A stretch of 64,000 nucleotides of DNA from an uncultured Pseudomonadota bacterium (GCA_963749075.1 CAVVLJ010000017.1:128001-192000); one strand, 5' to 3'; shown: positions 47,283-57,187, counted from the stretch's first letter. Program-made: numbers and translations. Notes: generated from the letters alone by a model not told the origin.

Positions 47283-48478
47283 CAGCGGAAGATCCTTTTC
47301 CAGAATGACTTCGGCTCTTCGCCGACGGCGCCCGCGAGATCCCGCGAGACCGCCGCCATGCCGCGCCGAATGGCGGCGCATTTGCCGACCGCGGCGGCGC
47401 CGAGCAGCGCGGCTCGCGCTACGTCGCGGTCATAGGGGATGACGATCTCGGGCGCCGCCGCGAAGGCGCGCTTGAGCTCGGCCTCGGGCAATCCGCCGTC
47501 GCCGCCCTTCTTGTTGAGGATGTGGAGCGTCGCGCGCTCCGGCGTATTGGCGCCGATCATGTCGCGCCAGCGCCCCACCTCGCGCGCCGAGACGAGGCTG
47601 CAGTCGCTGACCAGGAGGATCGTGCTCGGCGCATGCAGCACCTTGGGAAAGGCGAGCGCCGCCGCCATCGGCAGATCGACCACCACGTAGCGGTAGCGCT
47701 GCAGGAGCTCGCTCATGAGCTGCATGACCAATTCTTCCGGCGGCATGACGAGCTCGGTGAACGGCTCCAGCCCGGCCAAGAGGCCGAGCCGCGGCGTCAC
47801 CTTCGCCACGCCGCGCTCGAGGAAGAGATCGTCGACGCGCTCGGGATGCTCGAAGGCCTCCCTGACCGCGTGGCTCGGCGCGGTATCGAGCTGCAGCGCC
47901 GCATCGCCGTTCTGCAGGTTGAGGTCGAGCAGCAGGACGCGCCGCTCGCGCGTCTCGGCGAGGTTCCAGGCGGTCTGCACGGCGACCATGGTGGCGCCCA
48001 CCCCGCCGTGCACGCCGAGCACCGTCACGAGCTTGCCGGTGCGCGCAAGGCGGCGGTCGACCTCGCCGCTCGCCGCGTCGCCGAGGCTGCGCACCATCAC
48101 GCTCGACACCAGCGGCTTGAAGAAATACTCGGCGACGCCCGAGTCCTTGAGCTCGCGGTAGAGCACGATGTCGTTGCGCTCGCCGACGACGACGACCTCG
48201 GTGCGCGGATCGCACACCTCGGCCAGGCGGCCGAGCTTGATGATCGGATCGTCGAGCCCGCTCACGTCGACGACGAGGAGCTGCGGCGAGCCGTGGCGGC
48301 CGAGCTCCTCGACCGCCACGTCGATGCCGCCGCGCGCGATCTGCGCATCCGGAATGCCGAGGTCGGTGAAGCAGCGGCGCATCACGCCCTCGGAGTCGCG
48401 GTCAAGCACGAAGGCCATGGCGCTCGGCGGCGCATCCGGTGCTGCCCCGCGCTCCGCCGTGCGGACGGTCGTGACCAT
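47282..48478 (-). CDS. cpaE: pilus assembly protein CpaE/TadZ
   Basis: Receiver-like N-terminus (VVG.RNDI.LYREL) plus atypical P-loop GVHGGVGAT. Confidence 0.9.
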   Translation of the reverse strand: MVTTVRTAERGAAPDAPPSAMAFVLDRDSEGVMRRCFTDLGIPDAQIARGGIDVAVEELGRHGSPQLLVVDVSGLDDPIIKLGRLAEVCDPRTEVVVVGERNDIVLYRELKDSGVAEYFFKPLVSSVMVRSLGDAASGEVDRRLARTGKLVTVLGVHGGVGATMVAVQTAWNLAETRERRVLLLDLNLQNGDAALQLDTAPSHAVREAFEHPERVDDLFLERGVAKVTPRLGLLAGLEPFTELVMPPEELVMQLMSELLQRYRYVVVDLPMAAALAFPKVLHAPSTILLVSDCSLVSAREVGRWRDMIGANTPERATLHILNKKGGDGGLPEAELKRAFAAAPEIVIPYDRDVARAALLGAAAVGKCAAIRRGMAAVSRDLAGAVGEEPKSFWKRIFR

Positions 48479-48480
48479 CG

Positions 48481-48849
48481 CTACGACCCTCCTCCGGAGG
48501 AGGTGGTCGTGCTCCCGGTGCCGCCAAGCAAGGGCGTCACCTTGCCCGTCTCGTAGTTCGTGATCGAGAGGATCTCGCGCGTGCCGTCCGCGGGTCCGAG
48601 CGGCCGGCCGGAGACGGTATCCGCGGTGCGGTCGACTTCTTGCAGGAGGTTGACGTTCTGCAGGCAGCCGATATAGGGCGAAGGCTCGTTGCCGTAGAAG
48701 AGCGGCGGATAGCTGCCCCAGGGCGGGCATTCCCCGCCGGCCACCGGGCGCGGCTCGATGTCCTCGACACAGCCGGCGAGGCCGAGCAGCATGGCCGCCG
48801 CCGCCGCCAGCCTCTTCCAGTCTTCGAGTGCTCTCACGGGTTGGCGCAT
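48481..48849 (-). CDS. cpaD: short CpaD-like pilus lipoprotein
   Basis: Lipobox LAGC; CPPW...N....GC...NL...D...GR.LGPAD; between cpaC and cpaE. Confidence 0.7.
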   Translation of the reverse strand: MRQPVRALEDWKRLAAAAAMLLGLAGCVEDIEPRPVAGGECPPWGSYPPLFYGNEPSPYIGCLQNVNLLQEVDRTADTVSGRPLGPADGTREILSITNYETGKVTPLLGGTGSTTTSSGGGS

Positions 48850-48854
48850 GGCCC

Positions 48855-50285
48855 TCACTCCAACATGAATCCGGCGGTGCCGCGCAGCTGCGGCGCCGTG
48901 GGCTGCGTCTCGGGCTTGCCGCCCCTCGTCGTCGTCATGCGGCCGAGGAGAAGCTGCTCGAGGTCGGTCGAGAAGGTGAGGCCGTCGGTCGGCAGGCGCA
49001 CCGAGGAGGCCTGCGCGGTCGGACGCACGATATAGGGCGTCACGATGATGACGAGCTCGCTCTCGTTGCGCTGGAAGCTCGTGGAGCGGAAGAGCGCGCC
49101 CAGCACCGGCACGTCGCCGAGCCAGGGGAAGCTGTTGATCTGGCTCGTGACGTTGTTCTGCAGGAGACCCGCGATCGCGAAGGTCTCGCCGCTGCCGAGC
49201 TCGATCGTCGTCTGCGCGCGGCGCACGTCGAGTGCCGGAATGGTGAAGCCGTCGATCGTGATGGCGCCGGTCGAGGTGAGCTCGCTCACCTCCGCCTTCA
49301 TCTTGATGCTCAGCCGATTGTCGTCGAGCACCGTCGGCGTGAAGTCGAGCCCAACGCCGAATTGCTTGAAATCGATGGTGATCGTCGTCGAGCCGCCGGT
49401 GCCGGCCTGCGGGATCGGCACGGGGAACTCGCCGCCGGCGAGGAAATCGGCCGTCTCGCCCGAGAGCGCCGTGAGATTGGGCTCGGCGAGCACCGTGACC
49501 AGGCCTTCGGAGACGAGGGCGTCGATCAGAGCCTGGATATTGAGCGAGCCGCCCGGGCTGATGCCGCCGGCGCCGACCGAGTACTGCCCCCCCGGATTGG
49601 CAACGAATTGCCCGAAGCCGCTCGTGCCGGTGCCCGTGAAGCTGCGGCCCGTGAGCAGCCCCACGGCGATCCTGCCGTTGTTGTAGAGGGCGTCCCAATT
49701 GAAGCTGAAGTTCTTGGCGATGGAGCGCGACACCTCCGCGACGCGGACGCGCAGATTGACCTGGGTCGAGCCCGTCACATTGACGTTGAAGACGACCGTC
49801 TCATGCTCGCCGACGAATTGCTGTGCCACGTTCTTGAGCGTGTTGGCATCGCGCGGCGAGGCGACGGTCCCTGACACCGTGACGCCGTTGAGCGTGCCGG
49901 CGACGTCGATCTTTGCCGTCGGCACCGCCTTCAGGAGGGCGGCGAGGATCTGCTCGGTCGGTCGGCGCACGTTCACGGGATAGCTCGCGGCGCCGCCCGT
50001 CTGCGTGAGCACGTAAAGGTTGGTGGCACCCGGCTTCTTGCCCAGCAGCAACACGCTCGTCGGACCCGACACCTGCACGTCGGCGACATCGGGATCGGCG
50101 ATCATCACCGTCTTGGTCGCCTCGGGCAGGCGCATGAGGAATGCCTTGCCGATCTCGAGAGCGATGGCCGGGCGGTCCTGGATCGCGGGTGCGGCGGCGG
50201 CACTTCGCGGCGGCGCCAAGAGGACGCCGCAGCACGCGACGACGAGCGCCGCTGCAAGCCATCGCCCCACTCTTGCCGCAGCCAT
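48855..50285 (-). CDS. cpaC: secretin CpaC/RcpA
   Basis: LAEPNL.A.SGE.A.FLAGGEFP, PWLGDVPVLGALFRS, ELVIIVTP. Confidence 0.95.
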   Translation of the reverse strand: MAAARVGRWLAAALVVACCGVLLAPPRSAAAAPAIQDRPAIALEIGKAFLMRLPEATKTVMIADPDVADVQVSGPTSVLLLGKKPGATNLYVLTQTGGAASYPVNVRRPTEQILAALLKAVPTAKIDVAGTLNGVTVSGTVASPRDANTLKNVAQQFVGEHETVVFNVNVTGSTQVNLRVRVAEVSRSIAKNFSFNWDALYNNGRIAVGLLTGRSFTGTGTSGFGQFVANPGGQYSVGAGGISPGGSLNIQALIDALVSEGLVTVLAEPNLTALSGETADFLAGGEFPVPIPQAGTGGSTTITIDFKQFGVGLDFTPTVLDDNRLSIKMKAEVSELTSTGAITIDGFTIPALDVRRAQTTIELGSGETFAIAGLLQNNVTSQINSFPWLGDVPVLGALFRSTSFQRNESELVIIVTPYIVRPTAQASSVRLPTDGLTFSTDLEQLLLGRMTTTRGGKPETQPTAPQLRGTAGFMLE

Positions 50286-50292
50286 CGCGACC

Positions 50293-51378
50293 TCACTTCT
50301 TGCCGGTCTGGCCGCGGGGCGGCGGCGCCGCCTTGGCGGTCGGGACATAGGTCGAGCCGGCGCCGACCGCGGTCGCGGCTTCGGCCGCCGTCGCGGCGCC
50401 GGCTTTGCCGCTCTCCGCCGGCGTGCCGCAATCGAGCACCACGAGCCCTTTGCTGTCGAAGCAGCGCACCTCCACCTTCGAGCCGCGCATCACCTCGATG
50501 ATGTGCGCCGCCTTGGGCGCCGCCGCGGCGTTTCCGTTGGCGCCGGTTCCCTTGCCTTCCTTGCCGATCACGCGCAGCGCCGGCGATACCTCGTAGGCCC
50601 AGGTCGGCTTGTTGTCGGCCGCCCCCGGGGCAGGCTCCGCCGTCTCCGTCGTGCTAACCGGCTCGAGGCTTCTCAGGGCGAGCTCGAGCTTGCCGAGCTG
50701 GACCGCCACCATGAGCCGCTCCGCCTGGCTCTCCGTGACCTCAAGCGTCACGGTCTTGGGAATGTGCGGCTCGGCAGCGCCGCCGCGCGGCTCGCCGCCC
50801 TTCTGCTTGGGGATCTCGCCGATCGTCTGGTCGATGGCGATGACGCGCAGGTCCTTGAGCACCGTCTCGCCCACCGAGCGGATGCCGGGGGTCAAATCGG
50901 TGTCGTTGAAGCTCTGGGTCAAGAGGACGTCCACGTGGTCGCCGGGCGCCACCAGTCCCGCTCCGCCCTCCGCGACGCCGACCGAGATGGAGACCGCCCG
51001 CGTGCCGGGGTCGAGGACGGCGGGGAGAAAACCGGGGTCGGCCGGCTTGAGGATGTTGGCCAGGATGAGAGGGTCGCCCGCGGCGAAGCTCTTGCTCACG
51101 GCGGCGCCGACGAACTCCGTCTCGTTCCCCTGGCCGCGCTGCACGCTGCCCGCCGGCACCTGATCGGCGGCAACGTCCTGCCAGCGTATGTCGTCCGCCC
51201 GGAGGATCGTCCGCGCCGGGATCGCCCGCGCCGCGACGAGCACGGATTGCTGCGCCACCTTGGGCTGGGCCGCCTGCTGCTGCTGAGGAGCCGGCGTGCG
51301 CAACCACAGCACCGCGAGCACGATCCCCGAGAGCAGCGCGAAGCCGCCTATGATGAGCAGGAGGCGCCGGACAAGCAT
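50293..51378 (-). CDS. cpaB: pilus assembly protein CpaB/RcpC
   Basis: SAF domain (VAAR.IP), RAVSI, PGD.VDV, TVTLEV. Confidence 0.92.
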   Translation of the reverse strand: MLVRRLLLIIGGFALLSGIVLAVLWLRTPAPQQQQAAQPKVAQQSVLVAARAIPARTILRADDIRWQDVAADQVPAGSVQRGQGNETEFVGAAVSKSFAAGDPLILANILKPADPGFLPAVLDPGTRAVSISVGVAEGGAGLVAPGDHVDVLLTQSFNDTDLTPGIRSVGETVLKDLRVIAIDQTIGEIPKQKGGEPRGGAAEPHIPKTVTLEVTESQAERLMVAVQLGKLELALRSLEPVSTTETAEPAPGAADNKPTWAYEVSPALRVIGKEGKGTGANGNAAAAPKAAHIIEVMRGSKVEVRCFDSKGLVVLDCGTPAESGKAGAATAAEAATAVGAGSTYVPTAKAAPPPRGQTGKK

Positions 51379-51926
51379 TGCACGACCTCGGGCGTAATAC
51401 GCCACAAAAGAGCTGCGAGGATGGCCACCGCGTAGGGCATCGGCTCGCGTGCCGCCATCCTCGCGGCCTCGACCCCGAGCAGCCGCACGAGCGGCCCCCT
51501 TCCGCGCACCTCGTCGTCCCGCGCGGCGGCGGTCCCGCGCGTCATGCCACGAAATATCCGGCCGCCGACCAGATATACGCAGGCGAGCACCCCGCCTGCC
51601 AGCGCAATGTCGAGGAGCAGCGTCAGCATGCCCCCGACCGATTCACCCAGCGCCGCCGCGGCGATGAGCTTGGCGTCGCCGCCGCCGAAGACGCCCAGCC
51701 CTGCCAGCAGCGACAGTGCAACGAACAGGCCAGCCGCGCCGGCAACCCCCGGCCACAGCGGGCCCGCCGCCGCGAGAACCCGGATGAGCGCACCGCTCAC
51801 CGCCACCAGGATCATACAAGTGTAGGGCACGATGCGCTCGCGCACATCGACCACGGCGGCCCACGCCGCTGCCGCCAAAATGACGATCCTTGAGCACACA
51901 AGAATGGCCGGAATCACCTCGCTCAT
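51348..51926 (-). CDS. cpaA: A24 prepilin peptidase CpaA/TadV
   Basis: D...RI.P, GGGDAKL, MPYAVAI. Confidence 0.88.
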   Translation of the reverse strand: MSEVIPAILVCSRIVILAAAAWAAVVDVRERIVPYTCMILVAVSGALIRVLAAAGPLWPGVAGAAGLFVALSLLAGLGVFGGGDAKLIAAAALGESVGGMLTLLLDIALAGGVLACVYLVGGRIFRGMTRGTAAARDDEVRGRGPLVRLLGVEAARMAAREPMPYAVAILAALLWRITPEVVQCLSGASCSS

Positions 51927-51982
51927 CTGACGAACGTCCGCGCGTGCCGCCGCCGGGCGCGTTGCCGCGCCCCGCGACACGC

Positions 51983-52174
51983 TCAGTGAGGCGTGTTGCC
52001 GAGGTGGCCGGCGATCATGTTGAAGGTCGCGGTCAGATTGGTACCGACCAACGTCACCGCCACGATGATGGCAACGGCGATCAACGCCGCAATCAGGCCA
52101 TACTCGATGGCGGTGACGCCACTTTTCGACTTCAACGCCAGCAGGGACACGGCAATCCGAGCTAACTCCATCAT
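51983..52174 (-). CDS. flp: Flp family type IVb pilin 1
   Basis: G|VTAIEYGLIAALIAV. Confidence 0.95.
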   Translation of the reverse strand: MMELARIAVSLLALKSKSGVTAIEYGLIAALIAVAIIVAVTLVGTNLTATFNMIAGHLGNTPH

Positions 52175-52335
52175 GATCATCTCCTGGGCTGGTTACGCCG
52201 AGTTTCGAAACATCAGGCTATACCTCCTATTGGGCCGGCGCGAGCTATGCTTGCCAACAGGTTGCTGCGCCATGGGTAACGACCGCAGCTCCATCCACTT
52301 CCACCGCAACCCCCGCAACAGCACCCAATCCGTCG

Positions 52336-52521
52336 CTAGGAGTTCCCGAAAAACCCGGCAAGCGTATTGAACGTAGACGATAGGTTGCCCGCGACCAAGT
52401 TGACTGCCGCGACAATCGCGATGGCGATCAGGCCCAGAATGAGCCCATACTCGACGGCCGTGACGCCGCGCTTCCCGCCAAGCGCCGCTACGGACGCAAT
52501 CGACCGCGCCAGACGCGACAT
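52336..52521 (-). CDS. flp: Flp family type IVb pilin 2
   Basis: G|VTAVEYGLILGLIAI; GGGGAG RBS. Confidence 0.92.
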   Translation of the reverse strand: MSRLARSIASVAALGGKRGVTAVEYGLILGLIAIAIVAAVNLVAGNLSSTFNTLAGFFGNS

Positions 52522-52789
52522 GCCGGACTCCCCCTTACGGTCCCACGGGCCTTGCAGATTGAATCTTAACACAAAAAATGCCATAATGCAGCGTTTCGTG
52601 TAAAGCGCGGCAGCGGCAGAGGGAACGGAGCGGTTTGCTGTTCTATGTCCGCAGCTTCGCTGGCAGGGTGTGGCGGCCGGCTGCCGCATGTGCGGTCGCC
52701 GGGGACGGGCGAGTTGGAGTTGCCGTAGGACGGCGGGCAATATAATTGCGCCGGACGGGGCTCCAACTCCATTTGTGGGGGCAGGTATC

Positions 52790-53608
52790 ATGATGCGGGG
52801 GGCGCGTTTAGCTGGACTCGCGGTGCTGATGCCGTTGGCACTCTCGGCGTGCGGCACGCTGTCATCGCTTTTCGACACCTCAGGTTCCCCAAGCGTCGAC
52901 CAGGCGGCGCAAGCCCAAGGGGCGGACCAGCAGGGCGGCTCGAGCCTCTCGACGTTGAAGGAGCTGCGCCTTGCCCGGGCCGCCCGCTCGGCAGGGGACC
53001 TCGTCTCGGCCGTGAACCTCTACCGCTCCGTGCTGGCGAGTCGCCCCAAGGACGACGCGCTTGCCGTCGAGCTCGGCGATACCTTGCTCGAGCTTGGCGC
53101 CATCGATGACGCAATCGGCGTCTACAGCAAGATCGGCGACACCTCGCCGGCCCGAGTCGGCGCCGATCTCGGCCTCGGCCGCGCGCAGATCGCCTTGCAC
53201 CAGCCCGCGGCGGCGCTGGCCTATTTCGACAGCGCCCGCAGCCTGGCGCCGAACGACCCGAAGGTGCTCCTCGGGCGCGGGGTGACGCTCGACCTGCTCG
53301 ACCGGCACGAAGAGGCTCAGGCAAGCTATCGCGAGGTGCTGAATACGCACCCGCGCCATGTGGCGGCGCGCAACGACCTGGCGCTTTCGCTGGCGCTCAC
53401 CGGGGACTATGCGCAGGCGGTCTCCATCCTGTCGCCGATCGCGCTGTCGCCCATAGCACCCGTCAAGGTGCGGCAGAATTTGGCCCTCATCTACGGTCTC
53501 GAGGGCAATTCGCAGCGGGCGGCCCAGATCAGCAGGCTCGACCTCAGCGAGGCCGATACCGAGGCCAACCTGCGCTTCTTCGAGGCCGTGCGCGAGCACA
53601 AGAACTGA
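52790..53608 (+). CDS. tadD: TPR lipoprotein, TadD/CpaO-like
   Basis: Lipobox LSAC, TPR repeats, RNDLALSL, RQNLALIYGL. Confidence 0.85.
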   Translation: MMRGARLAGLAVLMPLALSACGTLSSLFDTSGSPSVDQAAQAQGADQQGGSSLSTLKELRLARAARSAGDLVSAVNLYRSVLASRPKDDALAVELGDTLLELGAIDDAIGVYSKIGDTSPARVGADLGLGRAQIALHQPAAALAYFDSARSLAPNDPKVLLGRGVTLDLLDRHEEAQASYREVLNTHPRHVAARNDLALSLALTGDYAQAVSILSPIALSPIAPVKVRQNLALIYGLEGNSQRAAQISRLDLSEADTEANLRFFEAVREHKN

Positions 53609-53745
53609 CGCGACTCGAAGGGCCTCTCCGCCTTCTCCGGATGGGCCGGCAGTCCGAGCGCCGGCAGCGCCTACGGCCGTCCCCAGCCGCAGCGATCCGC
53701 GGCCAGCGGCCCGGGCGGCAGGGCTCTCGCGGCGCCCCGCTCCAC

Positions 53746-54132
53746 TCATGGAAGCGGAAAGCATGCGCTCGATGTGAGCGTGAGCGAGTAAGGGAAGAGC
53801 CACGGCACGGCGAAGCTGTAGGGCAGGCTCGCGGTGACCATGGAGCCGCAGCTCGGCGTGCTTAGCGCGAAATTCGACGCGGTCACCGCGAGGCCGGCCG
53901 AGGCCCGCACGGCGAAGCTTTGCACGGCCGCTGCGGTGCCGCACAGGCTGCTGTTGATCGAGGCGCAGCGGGCGGCCGACTCCTCCGCATAGTCGAGGGT
54001 GGTCTGGGTCCAGATGATGCGCCCGAACTCGAGCAGGCCGGCCACGAAGAGGAGCGCCACCGGCAGCGCGAACGCCATCTCGATTGCGGCCCCGCCGTTT
54101 CTTCCCGAGGGATTTCGCCGCATGCGCATCAT
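53746..54132 (-). CDS. tadE: TadE-like pseudopilin
   Basis: G.AAIEMAFALP...G..EFG...AAR. Confidence 0.88.
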   Translation of the reverse strand: MMRMRRNPSGRNGGAAIEMAFALPVALLFVAGLLEFGRIIWTQTTLDYAEESAARCASINSSLCGTAAAVQSFAVRASAGLAVTASNFALSTPSCGSMVTASLPYSFAVPWLFPYSLTLTSSACFPLP

Positions 54133-54144
54133 GGCCGGCTTCGC

Positions 54145-54600
54145 CTATTGGATCCGGACGATCGCCGTCGCGGTCAGAGTGAGCGGATCGGGCGGTGCTG
54201 GATAAACGAGGATCGTATGGTGCTGGAGCTGGGCGCTCACTTGCACGTAGGTTCCGGGGGTGACGTTGCCCGAGCATGTACTGCTGCATGAGACCTGGGT
54301 GAAGGCGCCGCCGGTGCTGCAGCCGCACATCTCGCTCGGCGCGGCGTTGGCGGTGATCTGGCTGTCCCCGGTGCCGCTGGCCACCGCGCTCGAGATCTTG
54401 GCCTAATTCCAGCCGTTCTGCTGCGCCCATTGCGCGCCGGCCTCGGCGGCGGCTTCGACTTGCATCCACTCGTAGGCCGCGAGGCCGAGATCGAAGAGGG
54501 CCGTGAGCATGAGGAGCGGCAACGTTGCGGTCGAGGCGAGCTCGATCGCGACCGAGCCTCCCCTCGGATCGCGGCAAATTCGGCGAGCCGCCGCCTGCAT
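54145..54600 (-). pseudogene. TadE/TadF-like pseudopilin interrupted by an in-frame TAG at 54403-54405
   Basis: GSVAIEL...FDLG...AAEAGA N-terminal half and Cys-rich C-terminal half are in the same frame, separated only by TAG. Confidence 0.75.
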
Positions 54601-54963
54601 GCCCTCCATGGCCCACGTCCCGCTCTGCAACGAGCCCTGCCCTCGCCATACGGCCGCGGAGCGCCGCCGCCACTCCGCCGGCCGGCCGCGCACTTGTCCC
54701 GGGCTCGGCTACTGCTCCATTCAGGTCGCCCAAATCATAGCGCAAAATAACAAAAATTCGGTTACCGGAGGCGGTGGGCGCCGGTGCGGCGATGCTGGCG
54801 CGTTCCTTGCGCGGTGCGGGCCTTGCAGGCGGCGCGCCACGGCGGCCCCAGGCGCCCGCCAGCCGGAAGCCGCAAGAGCTGCCGCTCTGCCGCCCGTTCG
54901 ATTTGCCCCGGTGCGAATGCAATTTGCAAAGAGGCTTGCAAACTGCAGCAAGCCCGCCGCCGC

Positions 54964-56229
54964 CTATTCCACGAGCTTGGGGGTGCTGTTGTTGTTGAGC
55001 GCAAAGGCTTGGCCGCTGCAGCCGACCGACAGGCTCTGGCTGCCGCCGGAGAGCGTCACGTCTTTTGCGACGATCTGCAGGCAGCTGCTCGTGAGGTTGC
55101 TGCCGTTCGAGTTGCTGATCGTCTGTTTGGGAAAATAGAGCGCGCCATCGAGGGTCAGCCCCGAGCCGCCCGTGAGGGTGACGGTGCTGATTGGCGCGTT
55201 CGGGGCATCGAAGAAAACCAGGTCCGCGGTCGGGCCGGTCGCCGGCGCCGTCAGATTGATGGTCGTGCCGTTGCTGAGCGAGAGCGTCGCGCAGTTGCTC
55301 CCCGTGCTGCTGGTCAGCACGATGGTGACGCCGTCGCCGGTGAGCAAGGCGCCGCCCGCGATGCTGAAGCTGCCGCGATCGATGATGTAGACGCCCGGGC
55401 TCATCGTCATCGAGCCGTAGGTCACGGAGAAGCCGTTGCAGTAGACGCCCGGGCCTGCCGTGAGCCCCGGCCCGCCGACGGAGTAGTTCGTATGGTTGCA
55501 ACCGCTGAAGCTCGGCACCGAGACGTTGGAAAAGGGATTGGCCGTGGCCGCGGCTCCGGTATTGACCCCATCCGTCGCGGTGACCGAGGCGCCGTTGTTC
55601 TGCGAGAGGCCGCCGACGATCGAGATCTCCTGTGCCGAAACGGTCGACCCGCCGGTGGCGTAGAGCGCCTGGCTCGACGAAGAATTGACGCCCACGGTGC
55701 AGCCGTTGAAGTTGGCCGCGGCACCGTTCGATGCCTGGAACGCCTGGCTGCCCGACGTGTCGAGCACGATCACGCAGGCGCCGACGCCGCCCGCGAGCGC
55801 CACGGCGCGCACGCCGACCGTCATCGAGGAATGGCCGAAGAGATCGGCGAGAATGAGAGACTGCGGCTGACTGACGACGACTTCGACGGCGTTGCTGTTG
55901 GAGGTGTAATTTCCGCCCGCGGGCGGCTTTTTGACGGTCACCGTGACGTTGTCGCTGCCGTTGGCGAAGCCCTTGAGCGCGGCCATCGCGATCGCTTCGT
56001 TCGTGTAATTCGCCGGATAGCCCTTGGTGATGGCGGTCGCCGCGGCCGTCGCCGCCGAATCGGCGGCGGACTGCATCTGGCGCGACACCATGAGAAGGCT
56101 GGTCACTTCCGTGCCCAGCGAGGCCATGCCGAGGGTGACGGTCGAGAGAATGGCGATCTGTACCGCGATGCTGCCCCGCCGCGAGCGGAGCACCGCTGAG
56201 ACTGCCGTGAGGCGGTCGCCGAGCCTCAT
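54964..56229 (-). CDS. tadG: TadG-like pilus protein with Gly/Ser/Thr-rich C-terminal domain
   Basis: RGSIA...MQSAADSAA.AAA Tad N-terminal motif; PGVY repeats and GALYFP. Confidence 0.82.
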   Translation of the reverse strand: MRLGDRLTAVSAVLRSRRGSIAVQIAILSTVTLGMASLGTEVTSLLMVSRQMQSAADSAATAAATAITKGYPANYTNEAIAMAALKGFANGSDNVTVTVKKPPAGGNYTSNSNAVEVVVSQPQSLILADLFGHSSMTVGVRAVALAGGVGACVIVLDTSGSQAFQASNGAAANFNGCTVGVNSSSSQALYATGGSTVSAQEISIVGGLSQNNGASVTATDGVNTGAAATANPFSNVSVPSFSGCNHTNYSVGGPGLTAGPGVYCNGFSVTYGSMTMSPGVYIIDRGSFSIAGGALLTGDGVTIVLTSSTGSNCATLSLSNGTTINLTAPATGPTADLVFFDAPNAPISTVTLTGGSGLTLDGALYFPKQTISNSNGSNLTSSCLQIVAKDVTLSGGSQSLSVGCSGQAFALNNNSTPKLVE

Positions 56230-56356
56230 CTCGCTCCTTCCCTGCGCCGCAGCGCATAGCTCGAGGCGCGGCGCGTCGGACGAACGAACGCCGCTCCTCG
56301 CGCCCGGGACCCGGCCGTCGCCTGCGAGCCGTGCTGCCGAGCGGATGCCGCCAAGC

Positions 56357-56548
56357 TCAGTGCGGTGAGTTGCCCAGGTGGCCGGCGATCACATTGAACG
56401 TCGCGGTCAAATTCGTCCCGACCAAAGTGACGGCCACGATGATGGCGACGGCGATCAATGCCGCGATCAAGCCGTACTCGATGGCGGTAACGCCGTCCTT
56501 CGACTTCAGCTTAAGAAGCGAACCGACGAGCCGAGCAAAATTCCGCAT
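56357..56548 (-). CDS. flp: Flp family type IVb pilin 3
   Basis: G|VTAIEYGLIAALIAV; mature peptide differs from pilin 1 at 2 of 44 residues. Confidence 0.95.
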   Translation of the reverse strand: MRNFARLVGSLLKLKSKDGVTAIEYGLIAALIAVAIIVAVTLVGTNLTATFNVIAGHLGNSPH

Positions 56549-56748
56549 GATCGTGTCCCCAGCTAATTCGAACGAAGCCCCTGACCGCCCGTATGAATTC
56601 CGGCCATTCAATGCAGATATACTACATACAAGCGATTCTGTTACAATAAAGTTATCGATTCGGCGGTTGACGGGAAGATTTCGTTGCGATCTGCTCGCAA
56701 CTGAGCCCATGGTTCCGCGCCGGGGAACCGAGCCTGACGGGGGACAGC

Positions 56749-56973
56749 ATGGCGACAGCCGACGCGCATTGCCGGGCTTGCAGGTTCTGGCATCCGACCC
56801 AGACGCGCGACCCGGCGGATCCAACTCGAGTCTTGATGGTCAGCGATCCCGAGAAGGCGTCGATGGGCCAGTGCAGGCGCTGGGCGCCCCATCCCGGCGT
56901 GCCGTCCGTCATCGGCGAATGGCCGAAGACCAATGCCACGGACTGGTGCGGCGACTTTGCCGCCCGCCCCTGA
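56749..56973 (+). CDS. small four-cysteine protein (CxxC...GQCRR..P...WP...DWCGDF)
   Basis: 74 aa, GGGGA RBS, C8/C11/C42/C67. Confidence 0.7.
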   Translation: MATADAHCRACRFWHPTQTRDPADPTRVLMVSDPEKASMGQCRRWAPHPGVPSVIGEWPKTNATDWCGDFAARP

Positions 56974-57022
56974 TCGCCCCAGGCCGGGCCGCCTGCAAGG
57001 CAAGCCGAGGCATTGGGAATGT

Positions 57023-57099
57023 TGGTCGGGCGGACTGGATTTGAACCAGCGACCCCCAGACCCCCAGTCTGGTGCGCTACCAGGCTGCGCCACCGCCCG
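57023..57099 (-). tRNA. tRNA-Pro (GGG)
   Basis: CGGGCGGTGGCGCAGCCTGGTAGCGCACCAGACTGGGGGTCTGGGGGTCGCTGGTTCAAATCCAGTCCGCCCGACCA. Confidence 0.97.
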
Positions 57100-57187
57100 A
57101 CCGCAGTGAGACGCGGCAAGAGGCACCGCGCGGCCGCACTCTAGCGGCTGCCCCGCGCTGCCGCAACGGTGTCGCCGCTCGGCCGTC

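Noticed and set aside
52555-52590. Sigma-54 promoter or CtrA site upstream of pilin 2
   Set aside because: The -12 position reads GT rather than GC, and only a single TTAAC half-site is present
52880-56257. 1125-aa minus-strand ORF across tadG, tadE and tadD
   Set aside because: Alternative-frame artefact; the genuine genes are in other frames
43460-57022. Integrative element at tRNA-Pro carrying the tad locus
   Set aside because: No integrase and no duplicated tRNA 3' end found, so only accessory-region status is suggested
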